This document shows positions 19,549 through 28,700 of a stretch of DNA of 64,000 nt, piece by piece. The notes under the pieces were generated by a model. The model did not search any database, was not told the DNA's origin, and saw only the letters and a program-made list of their open reading frames with translations. The translations under genes were made by a program, and so were the position numbers. The stretch's first letter is position 1; each line of letters starts with the position of its first letter. The stretch comes from a virus, in IMG/VR virus record IMGVR_UViG_3300023184_009676, positions 1 to 64,000 of that record. One strand, given 5' to 3'.

Positions 19549-19851
19549 ATGAAAAAACTAATATTAAGTTTATTACTATTGTCTTATTGTTTAATTTATT
19601 CACAGGAAACTACAAATCTTCCTGCGTTTACAAATCCAATTATTTTAAGACCAGGCCAAATGGGAGACATCATCAATTATGTTCAAAGTCTTGGGGCAGG
19701 CACAAATTCAATTTATGCCATTACTTCTACCAATTTGCAATGGGTAAATGTTATCAGAAATGTGGATGGAACAAATGATTACTTTCAGGTGTCTGCTATT
19801 GTAAATGTACCAATTACTAATGTTGTAAACTCTTCAACCAATAACCCATAA
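19549..19851 (+). CDS. Small signal-peptide, Thr-Asn-rich protein
   Basis: MKKLILSLLLLSYCLIYS|QE; 7 TN dipeptides in 100 aa. Confidence 0.6.
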   Translation: MKKLILSLLLLSYCLIYSQETTNLPAFTNPIILRPGQMGDIINYVQSLGAGTNSIYAITSTNLQWVNVIRNVDGTNDYFQVSAIVNVPITNVVNSSTNNP

Positions 19852-19892
19852 TAAATAAAACAACCACGTCCTAATACATGGGTCTTATAAAA

Positions 19893-19899
19893 GTGTAAT
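19893..19899 (+). promoter_or_regulatory. GTGTAAT motif
   Basis: 8 nt upstream of ATG 19908. Confidence 0.55.
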
Positions 19900-19907
19900 A
19901 CATATAT

Positions 19908-20417
19908 ATGAAAGTTGTTGACATTGCCAATGAAATTTACCTAGAAAATGCTTCCCCAAGCGATACAAGCATTTCTGCCATTGCTTTTTGGATTCGCTCC
20001 AGCGTAGGCAAGTTAAATAACTTGGTTTATGAGAGTTTTGTTGTAGATTCTACCTCTTTGGAAGTTGTAGATGGTTCTGGAAAAGAAATTTCTACCCTTG
20101 CCGCCGCCATTATAAAAATGATGTATAAAGTCTATAGAATAGACTTAGACATTCGCAGCAACATGACTTCTCTTACAAATGATACTGTTTTAGAAGCAGT
20201 GGATGAAAATTTTAAAATTAAAAGAATCAATCGCAGCGAAGTATTAAAAACTCTTGCAACATTAAAAAAAGATTCATTAAAAGAATTAACTGATATTGTT
20301 CATTACTACCGCAGTTACAATGGCTCCCCAGATTCAATTAGTGGTGATGATACTCAATGGGGTTATTATCAGGGCACTTCAACTCAATACGTCAGAAGCG
20401 TGGTTGGTCCAGTATAA
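19908..20417 (+). CDS. Putative head-tail adaptor (neck) protein
   Basis: 169 aa, helical; first of four genes before the tail tube gene. Synteny-based call. Confidence 0.45.
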   Translation: MKVVDIANEIYLENASPSDTSISAIAFWIRSSVGKLNNLVYESFVVDSTSLEVVDGSGKEISTLAAAIIKMMYKVYRIDLDIRSNMTSLTNDTVLEAVDENFKIKRINRSEVLKTLATLKKDSLKELTDIVHYYRSYNGSPDSISGDDTQWGYYQGTSTQYVRSVVGPV

Positions 20418-20425
20418 TTAAATTT

Positions 20426-20887
20426 ATGGCAGGATTAATATCTAGCTCCGAAATGCAGATTGTTAGTGGATTGTATGATGATACTTTTAATACATTCCAA
20501 AGGAATATTGTTGTTTACAAAGAGCCAATTAAAAACGCCATAATTAGCAAGACAGATCCCAATAACCCAAATCTTTTTGGTTTTGGCGATGCTCAAGTTG
20601 AAACACAATATACTTATACGCCAATAAGCGGCGTTTTCCCTGCAATTGTTAGATACGTTTCCAAAGGAAACATTGGTAAATCCGAAACAATGATGGATAC
20701 CAATGCATTTATTCCCGTTGGAGAAGTAAAAATAAAAGTCAAACCAGATTGCTATAACTTTATAGAAAGTGGCACCACAGATAAAATTACTTTTGATAAT
20801 AGAGATTTTTATTTTGTTGGAAAAGCTCAAGCAATGCCGTTTCTTGGAAATCTCTTTTATACCTATCAATTAAAGCCCAAGCCTTAA
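20426..20887 (+). CDS. Putative head-closure (stopper) protein
   Basis: Likely start is ATG 20426 (after GTATAAT) rather than 20357; beta-rich; synteny. Confidence 0.45.
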   Translation: MAGLISSSEMQIVSGLYDDTFNTFQRNIVVYKEPIKNAIISKTDPNNPNLFGFGDAQVETQYTYTPISGVFPAIVRYVSKGNIGKSETMMDTNAFIPVGEVKIKVKPDCYNFIESGTTDKITFDNRDFYFVGKAQAMPFLGNLFYTYQLKPKP

Positions 20888-20903
20888 CATCTAATAAATT
20901 ATT

Positions 20904-21545
20904 ATGTCAAGGGTATCTCTTAATATTGATTACAAAGTTATTGAGAAAAAATTTTATAGAGAAGCTGGTAAATTGCAATTAGTAATGGCAAAAGCCAAAA
21001 CAATTGCTGATAGAAACTTCAGAAGAATTCACCAAGCTCTATTAGATGAGTTTGATCAACATGATATTACTCAAGAATTAAAAGCCGGTCCAAATCCTGA
21101 CGAAAATCCAAGCGGAACTCTAGGTTCAATGAGTGGCAATCTATTTTCTTTTTTAGGATTTAGTGCTGGAACAGACCCAACAAAAGAATTACGTACCCTA
21201 TTAATGAATATAAATTTAGGCAGGGGATACTATTCAAATGGAATTATTTCTTTTTCTGTTCGAAATATCCCAACCAAAAATAAAATTATTGATGCTACAA
21301 GAATGGTTTGGGGCAACCAAACTAGCTGGGCTTTTGCTGTTGAAACAGGACAATTTAGTGGGGATGCAGAATTGAGTCATTTTATCTTTAAAACTTGGGC
21401 GGGCTCCCGTTCAGGCACGGGATTTCAGCTTAAAGGCGTTAAATATACTGAGGAGGAATTTGTTCCAAAACAATATATATCTGAGATACTTGGAAAATTT
21501 AAAGAAAGAGTGGGTAATTATCAATATAGATCCAGGAGAGTGTAA
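20904..21545 (+). CDS. Putative neck/tail completion protein
   Basis: 213 aa, basic; synteny. Confidence 0.4.
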   Translation: MSRVSLNIDYKVIEKKFYREAGKLQLVMAKAKTIADRNFRRIHQALLDEFDQHDITQELKAGPNPDENPSGTLGSMSGNLFSFLGFSAGTDPTKELRTLLMNINLGRGYYSNGIISFSVRNIPTKNKIIDATRMVWGNQTSWAFAVETGQFSGDAELSHFIFKTWAGSRSGTGFQLKGVKYTEEEFVPKQYISEILGKFKERVGNYQYRSRRV

Positions 21546-21596
21546 TAAATGATATGGATACGGTAATTTTTACAATAAAATACAAGGGGGTTTCAA

Positions 21597-22430
21597 TTGA
21601 TTCCGCAGCTAGACAATCAAATATTAAGTAATTTATTATTATTTATAGATTATCAGGTTCAAAGACAGGGCTCTAGTTTTACCAACAAAACAGGGCTATT
21701 CTACCCTGCCAATCGCACTATAAATGGCTTAACGACCTATACTTGTGCCTACAAACAGCTTTGTAATGATACCTCCATCAGCGGGGCAACGGTAATGTCT
21801 GGAGTTTATATCAATGGAAACTACACTCCTGTTGGTACAAGTGGATTGTATGCTATAAATCACTATCAAGGGGCAATACATTTTTCATCTCCCCCCGCCT
21901 CAAACGCAGTTATAAGCGGCAGTTTTGGTGTTAAAGAGATAGCTGTATATGTTTCTGATCAACCTGATTATAAGATAATATTTGAAGGCAAATACCAATC
22001 TAATCCCAAATATGGTGATGTACCTTCTGGTATGCCATTGGATGTAAGGGTTGCCCCTGGAATATTCCTTGTTCCCAAAAACCAAGAAAATAGACCCTTT
22101 TCCTTTGCTGGTATTGATGATAACTATAATCGCGTCAGGGCAGTTGTTGTAACAGATAGTCTCTACCAAAGAATGGCATTATCTAATATTTTAAAGAATT
22201 TGAGATTAAAACCATTGCCATTGGCAACATCTACGCCGTTTGATTATCTTGGAAATATTACTGGTCAAAATGCCTATAACTATACTGGATTATCATTTGC
22301 CACGAATATTTCTCCAATAATTATGACTGCAAAAGCAATCGAAATACCTCAAAAAGCAGAATACGTGGATATTTACAAGCAATTTTGCATGGTAGATTTT
22401 GAAATATCTACTTGGGCGGGACACATGTAA
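21597..22430 (+). CDS. Putative tail terminator/completion protein (TTG start)
   Basis: AAGGGGG SD-like sequence before TTG; directly precedes the tail tube gene. Confidence 0.4.
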   Translation: MIPQLDNQILSNLLLFIDYQVQRQGSSFTNKTGLFYPANRTINGLTTYTCAYKQLCNDTSISGATVMSGVYINGNYTPVGTSGLYAINHYQGAIHFSSPPASNAVISGSFGVKEIAVYVSDQPDYKIIFEGKYQSNPKYGDVPSGMPLDVRVAPGIFLVPKNQENRPFSFAGIDDNYNRVRAVVVTDSLYQRMALSNILKNLRLKPLPLATSTPFDYLGNITGQNAYNYTGLSFATNISPIIMTAKAIEIPQKAEYVDIYKQFCMVDFEISTWAGHM

Positions 22431-22516
22431 GATTCATTTTTTTTTCACGAAACAACTAAAAAAATGTATTAATATTCAGAAGTTAAAATCATTTTTAAAC
22501 AAAGGAAAAAATTTAT

Positions 22517-23416
22517 ATGGCAATACCAAGAATAGTATATTTTGCACAGACGGTGTCAATCAGTTCTGCAACTGCTGGAACAGGCGTGTTTCCAATTAGT
22601 TCGGCGAACGTTGAAGTAACAAGACCAATTGAGGCTATCACTACTTTCGGAAAGTTTTCTTCCTTAAATACTGCTCAGACCAATTTGACTACTTGCAAGA
22701 GCACTTTAAAGGGATATTTGGGCGCTGGGACAGGTATATCTGGATTCACATCCACATTCCTAAATGCTTTGATTACGGATACAAAAGCCAGTAACCCCGC
22801 CTCTATTACTGTGTCTCCTGGTGGATTTGCTATGACTGGTATTCTTACAAGTCTTGGTATTGATATTTCCATGGGTGGTTTTGGTATGATTGATTTGGGA
22901 TTTGCCGGTATTGGTAACCCATCAATTGTTGCTCCTACAACCACTTATGCTACTGATCCTAATAGTTCATATGCAATTTCTCCAATTACCACAATGAGTA
23001 TCGGAACTGGTGGTGGATTGGCCGGCGCATCCGCGACCTCAATCAAATTCTCTTATGACTTGCCAAGTGATACGCTCTCCGCTCTTGGAGATAATCCTAA
23101 TGCAAATCAAGGAAATTTAAACAGCCAAATTGCTACGAAACCTCCTTATAAAGCAACAATCAATGTTGAAGGATATGGTGTTGATCCAACAAAACTTGAT
23201 AGTGCTTTTGCTGCGGCTGTTTATGGTATCGGTGACATTGGAGTTGCCCTTCCTAATGCTAAAGTTAGTGCTCGTTCAGTGAATAACGCTGCCGGACAAG
23301 TCAGCGAATCATTTGCTTATACAATTGAAGACACAACTGCAACACTTACAACAGTTAGCATTGCAGCTTATAGCCAACTTGGTACCGCTCAAACAAGCCC
23401 AGCTTACGGAGCTTAA
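22517..23416 (+). CDS. Putative major tail tube protein
   Basis: 299 aa, Ser/Thr/Ala/Gly-rich; AAGGA SD; followed by a strong terminator as the MCP gene is; upstream of chaperones and the TMP. Confidence 0.6.
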   Translation: MAIPRIVYFAQTVSISSATAGTGVFPISSANVEVTRPIEAITTFGKFSSLNTAQTNLTTCKSTLKGYLGAGTGISGFTSTFLNALITDTKASNPASITVSPGGFAMTGILTSLGIDISMGGFGMIDLGFAGIGNPSIVAPTTTYATDPNSSYAISPITTMSIGTGGGLAGASATSIKFSYDLPSDTLSALGDNPNANQGNLNSQIATKPPYKATINVEGYGVDPTKLDSAFAAAVYGIGDIGVALPNAKVSARSVNNAAGQVSESFAYTIEDTTATLTTVSIAAYSQLGTAQTSPAYGA

Positions 23417-23433
23417 TTCTAATTACAGATCAC

Positions 23434-23461
23434 AAACCCTGGCTTCGGCCAGGGTTTTTTT
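23434..23461 (+). terminator. Rho-independent terminator with a cUUCGg loop
   Basis: AAACCCTGGC-TTCG-GCCAGGGTTT followed by a T tract. Confidence 0.92.
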
Positions 23462-23512
23462 GTTTCTATATCTCTTTTTCTTGTGTAACTATATTTAAGG
23501 GAAAGGAATATT

Positions 23513-23860
23513 ATGAACACACCAGAGAGTAAGCTTATTGCTATAACTTGCGATAAAGAAATAACAAATCTTTATAAAGACTTCTTAGAAATCATTGAAG
23601 ACCTTCAAAAAGACCATTCTATAATGGTCGAAAAAATAAAAGAAAAACACGGCGAAGAATACGCTGAAAATATCAATTATTTTAAACCCATCAAATACGA
23701 TCAAATTAGAAAAAGAGTCCTTGACCATGGAAATGAATGCAATAGAAGTTTATTAAATTTTCTTGGATTTTTTGATTCAACAATCAATATAGAAAAATTA
23801 AATAAAGAAAAAGTAGTTTATAAAAAAACCATTGTTTCTCCCCCTTTCTACATAGAATAA
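23513..23860 (+). CDS. Hypothetical protein
   Basis: 115 aa; GTGTAAC at 23483 and an AAGGA SD upstream. Confidence 0.6.
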   Translation: MNTPESKLIAITCDKEITNLYKDFLEIIEDLQKDHSIMVEKIKEKHGEEYAENINYFKPIKYDQIRKRVLDHGNECNRSLLNFLGFFDSTINIEKLNKEKVVYKKTIVSPPFYIE

Positions 23861-23876
23861 TAATAAGAATAAAATT

Positions 23877-24779
23877 ATGGAAAAAGTAAAATATCTTTAT
23901 GAATCAACCGTTGAAAAGATTGTTGAAGAAAAAGTGACTGAAAAAAGACAGGAAAATGGTCAAGAAATCGAGGTCTCGAAGACTGTTAAAACTAAAAAGC
24001 CTTTTAAAATTGCGGTACTAAAGCCCGATAGAAAAAAGTTTAAAGAGGCAGAAATTTTCTACGCCAAGACGCTTTCTCATTACTTAAAAGAAGGTCTTCT
24101 TCCATATTCACTTGTGTCAAAAAGATACATGAATGATGGCGGTCCATTGAGCGATGATGAAAAGAAATTTATCAATACCCTCCGAGAAAAGTATGCCGAA
24201 ATTCAAGAAGAGTATTTTTCTATGCCTTCAGAATTAACCGAAGCACAAGGCAAAAGAAGAGCAGAGATTCTTTTGGAAATGACTGATATCAATAAGATTC
24301 TTAATGAAATCCAAAATAATTATGCCGAATTGTTTGACAATACCGCAGAATCCAAGAGTAAAAATGATACCATCGAATGGTGGATTTTAAATTTAAGCTG
24401 CGCTGATGAAGATGGAAAAGGTGTCAAACTTTTTTATGGAGAAGAAGATTTCTCTTCTAAAATGAAAAAACTAGAAGATAATGAAGCCAAAGATGACCCC
24501 TTCCTTAACGAAGTTATAAAAAAACTTTCTTATTTTATTAGCTTTTGGTATGCCAGTAAATCGCAATTAAAAGAAGAAGATTTTAAATCGGCAGAAGAGC
24601 ATTACAAACAAAATGTTACAACTTATCTTCAAGATGAAGATATTGCTCCTGCTACCACAGAAGCAAAGCCCGACGAAACAAAACCAGTAGAACCCGTTGC
24701 TCCCACCGCACCAGCTGTTGAACCCCCTGCTGTAGCTGTCGTTGAAACTCCTATTCAAGTTGCCTCAACGCAACCCTGA
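23877..24779 (+). CDS. Putative tail assembly chaperone
   Basis: Acidic helical protein between the tail tube gene and the TMP; Pro/Ala-rich C-terminal tail. Confidence 0.45.
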   Translation: MEKVKYLYESTVEKIVEEKVTEKRQENGQEIEVSKTVKTKKPFKIAVLKPDRKKFKEAEIFYAKTLSHYLKEGLLPYSLVSKRYMNDGGPLSDDEKKFINTLREKYAEIQEEYFSMPSELTEAQGKRRAEILLEMTDINKILNEIQNNYAELFDNTAESKSKNDTIEWWILNLSCADEDGKGVKLFYGEEDFSSKMKKLEDNEAKDDPFLNEVIKKLSYFISFWYASKSQLKEEDFKSAEEHYKQNVTTYLQDEDIAPATTEAKPDETKPVEPVAPTAPAVEPPAVAVVETPIQVASTQP

Positions 24780-24785
24780 TAAAAT

Positions 24786-25649
24786 GTGGAATCGTTTAGA
24801 GAATATAAAGTTTCAGAAATAGATGAATTAAAACTCATCTATTATGAAATTATTCGCGGTAGTAGTTTTGAGCCAGATATTAATCTGTATGTAAAACATT
24901 TTTCAGAATTAGAATCATTTTTTATTTTGAAAAAAAGAACAGAATTGTTTCATTTTTATTCTAAAGAAGGTGTCCCACACGAATTAGAATTGCTAAAAAA
25001 TGCCCTAGCTACAGAAGAATGGTCGGAGGAAAAAGAAAATAAAATTCTTGAATTCAAATATTTAATTTCTGATAACGAAAAAAATATCCATAATATTATT
25101 CCCGAGCAACGCGCCCCCATTCAAAAAATCATTGAAAATACAAAAAAACAGCTCAGTGAGATACTTTTTGATAGAAAAGGCATATTAGGCAGAAGCATAG
25201 AAGATCTTATTGATGATGATATAGAAGATTATCTATCATATCTTTCTTTTTTTAAAGATGAGCCTTGTACAATTCCCTGCGTATCTGATTATGAAGAGTT
25301 TCAAAAGTTAGAAATGTCTGAAATTAATAAATTTAATACCAGTTTGAGTAAGACGTATAAAAAGTTTTCAGAAGAAAATATTAAAAAAATAGCCTGTTTA
25401 CCCTTCTTTTTAAATAAATTTTCCTATTCAAAAGAAAGAATTGATGGATTTTTAGGTAAACCAATTAATTCATTGACCAATAACCAAACCTCTTTATTTT
25501 CACTAGGAGTAAGGAATTTAAACGTTTTATCCCACGCAAAGGGTAGTCCCCCCGATATATCTCTTGAAGCAAAACCCTTGGATGTTTTAAAATGGTATGA
25601 TATACAGCATTCCATTATGATTGCCAAGCAAAATCAATCTGATTCTTAA
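24786..25649 (+). CDS. Putative second tail assembly chaperone (GTG start)
   Basis: Acidic helical protein immediately before the TMP. Confidence 0.4.
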   Translation: MESFREYKVSEIDELKLIYYEIIRGSSFEPDINLYVKHFSELESFFILKKRTELFHFYSKEGVPHELELLKNALATEEWSEEKENKILEFKYLISDNEKNIHNIIPEQRAPIQKIIENTKKQLSEILFDRKGILGRSIEDLIDDDIEDYLSYLSFFKDEPCTIPCVSDYEEFQKLEMSEINKFNTSLSKTYKKFSEENIKKIACLPFFLNKFSYSKERIDGFLGKPINSLTNNQTSLFSLGVRNLNVLSHAKGSPPDISLEAKPLDVLKWYDIQHSIMIAKQNQSDS

Positions 25650-25668
25650 TTGTTAAATCTAAAAAATA

Positions 25669-25675
25669 GTGTAAT
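25669..25675 (+). promoter_or_regulatory. GTGTAAT motif upstream of the TMP gene
   Basis: In the intergenic gap, 30 nt before ATG 25706. Confidence 0.5.
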
Positions 25676-25705
25676 TACTATTGTTAATTAACAAAGAATA
25701 AGATT

Positions 25706-28700
25706 ATGGAAGATAATTTAGGCCAGGTAAAGGTATTAATAACTCCAGTAATTGATCAATCAAGACTTGATTCTGGTATAACGGATGCTGCTGAAAAAAT
25801 GGCAGCACGTTTTGACAAAGCCTTTACTGGTAGAGGTCAACCACTTGGAAGAATAACTGGCAAAGTTACAGAGTTTGAAAAGTCAATGGAAGCGGCAAAT
25901 GCCCGCGTTATTGCTTTCGGTGCTTCTGCTGGTGGTATTTATCTTGTTAAATCTGCATTTGATAAACTTGTTTCTTCAACAATTGATGTAGAAAAAAATA
26001 TCACAAATATTAACATGATTTTGGGCTTAGGAAGTTCCAGCCTAAAAACTTTTTCCGCAGAAATGTTCAAAGCTGCCTCTGCTTCTGGACAAACATTTGA
26101 GACTGCTAGTAAAGTTGCTCTTGAATTTGCTCGTCACGGTGTAAGCGCGGCAGAAACCTCAAAAAGAATGAGTTCTGCAATGCAGTTAATGAGAATTTCT
26201 GGTTTAGACGCCGGAGAATCAGTTGATGTATTGACTGCTTCAATTAACTCTTTTAATAAAGAGGCGTTGACTTCTGCTGATGTTGTAAACAGACTCACTG
26301 CTGTTGATACAAAATTCGCTGTTAGTGCTCAGGACTTAGCAAAAGCAATTGAACGCGTGGGCTCCACCGCTGCTGAAGCTGGGATACAGTTTAATCAATT
26401 ATTAGGCTTCGTTACTGCCGCCCAGACACAAACTTCTCGTGGTGGTGCAGTTATTGGTAACGCTTTTAAATCAATCTTTACAAGATTAGCTCGTCCAGAA
26501 GTGCTTTCTGATTTGCAAGCAGTTGGAGTAACGACAAAAGATGCTGCTGGGCAAATTCTACCGATGGTCCAAATCATGAAAAATTTGGCCTCCCAATATA
26601 GTCATCTTGGTGCAGCGCAAAAATCATTCATATCTGAAACCGTTGGCGGTGTTTATCAAGTTAACATTCTTAAGGCGTCTTTGGCAGATTTAGGAAATGG
26701 AATTACTATTTTTGATAAAGTTGCCGCAACCGCCGCAAATTCTACAGGAGTTGTTGATAAAAGAATGGCTCAATTAAATGAGACAATTTCTTCTAAATTA
26801 AATGTTTCTGCAAATCAATTGACTGAATTATTTTCTAACTTGGGTAATGTTTCTTTTGGCGGAAACATGAAAAAGGGTCTTGATAGCGTAAATGGTCAAT
26901 TAGACTTTGTAAAACGTCAATTGGCTGATTTTTCAGAAGATGATACTTTTGGACAATCATTTGGAAAAACAATTGGCAGAGGATTGGCTGATGCATTTGG
27001 TAATATTTTATCTGGACCAGGACTTCAAATTGGCGCGATGTTATTGACCAAGGTTGTTCTTGGTCTTGGTAAATTTGCTATTGACGCAGGCAAAAACATG
27101 ATGGGGATAACTGATGCTTTAAAAGGTCAACAAGGTCTTTTGTCCAGCGTGGGTAATTTTTTACAAAATCATAAAACTTTATTGGCGGAGCTTGAGTCTG
27201 GTCAAATAAGCATAAATAAAGTGACTGAACTTTATTTAGCAGACCTCGGAAAAGAAGAAGCGCATTTCGCTGCAATGGCCAGATACCAAAGAGAAATCGC
27301 TAGTTTGGCTCGTCCGTCTTTAAGTGCGGACGCATTTGCACATTCTAAAGGAGCTGGTGCTTCGGCGGGGTATGTTCCCGCTTTTGCACAAGAAGAAAGG
27401 GACGCCAGAGCAAAGGGGGCTTCTCCTAATGTTAAGGCTATGTTTGGTCCAAATATCCCTGGAGTCGGACCCACAATTATTAATAGTGAAGAAGTTGTAA
27501 GACAAAATTATGGTGGATCTGGAAAACCAGCAATCCTTCGTACTTATGGACCTCCTGGACCAACAAAACTTTCAGGAGGACTTGTTCCAAATTTTGCAAA
27601 TATTTTAGGAACAATATCTGTCGAAGGAACAAGATACCAAAAGCCTGATGGAGAAATTCAAAATTTAGATTACCCATTTATAGATTTATTATCAATGATT
27701 CAGGGGCAATATGGCAGACAAATTCTTCCAATCTCTGCTAAATCTGGATACGAAGCTGTAGAAAAAGTTGGCAGTCCAGCAAAGTGGAATAAGAAAGGAT
27801 ATAACAAGCCTGGGGCAATTGCAAATTATGTTCACGAATTATCTCGCCCAGAAATGTTTATACAAGAAAGTCCTGAGCGTTTAAGGCACATAAGATCAAG
27901 TAAAGAAGTTTTTGAAAATCGTTTTATAAAACAAATTGGTGCATATAACACCCAAGGTTTTGAAAATTTAGAATTTTTAAATCCAGTTGTATTTGCGGCA
28001 AAAGAGGAGGGCCAAGAAATATATCACCAGATGCAAAAACAACCATTGTTGTCGTCTGCCGACGCATCTCCCGCAATAAAATCAGCAAGAAATTTGCCTT
28101 GGTATAGAGGAGGAAAATCTTTTTCTCCTACAACTATGGTTAAAGGCGAAAATATTATCGGCGGCCCCAAAACATATGGTCCATGGTATGAAGATTATCT
28201 TCAAAAATTTTTAGGAGCGCATCCAGATATTCTTTCGTTAATTGGCCCAGGAATGACCACGGAAAGCCAAGGTCAATTAAATCAATTATTAAGAAATTTT
28301 TCCAAAGACTATCAAGGAGAAGAAAGATATTTTGAAGAAAAATACATAAAGAAATCTGGTGGAGTTGTTCCAAATTTTGCTTTAACGAATTTAGGGAAAA
28401 ATCAAAAAATTACAATAAGTCAATCGCAAATTCAATCTAAAATTAACGAAGCAAAAAAAACGGGAGATTTTACAAAAGCCGAATCGTATCTTTATGAGAG
28501 CCTAACAGATAAAGACCCAAACATTTCCTCTTCTGATGTATTCGGTAAATTAACAAAAGAAGAAAGAGAAGCGTATAGAGCCGGTACTTCTTCAAGCGAT
28601 AAATCAAATCCCGCCTGGGCGCAATGGGATGTTATAAAAACGGGGCAAAAAGCCGCCGATCCAGCAGTTGGAAATTATAAGTCTTATTTTTCAACAGATT

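Noticed and set aside
24700-24800. Programmed frameshift between the tail chaperone genes (lambda G/GT style)
   Set aside because: Both ORFs are in the same frame, separated by tandem TGA TAA stops, and no slippery heptamer links them.
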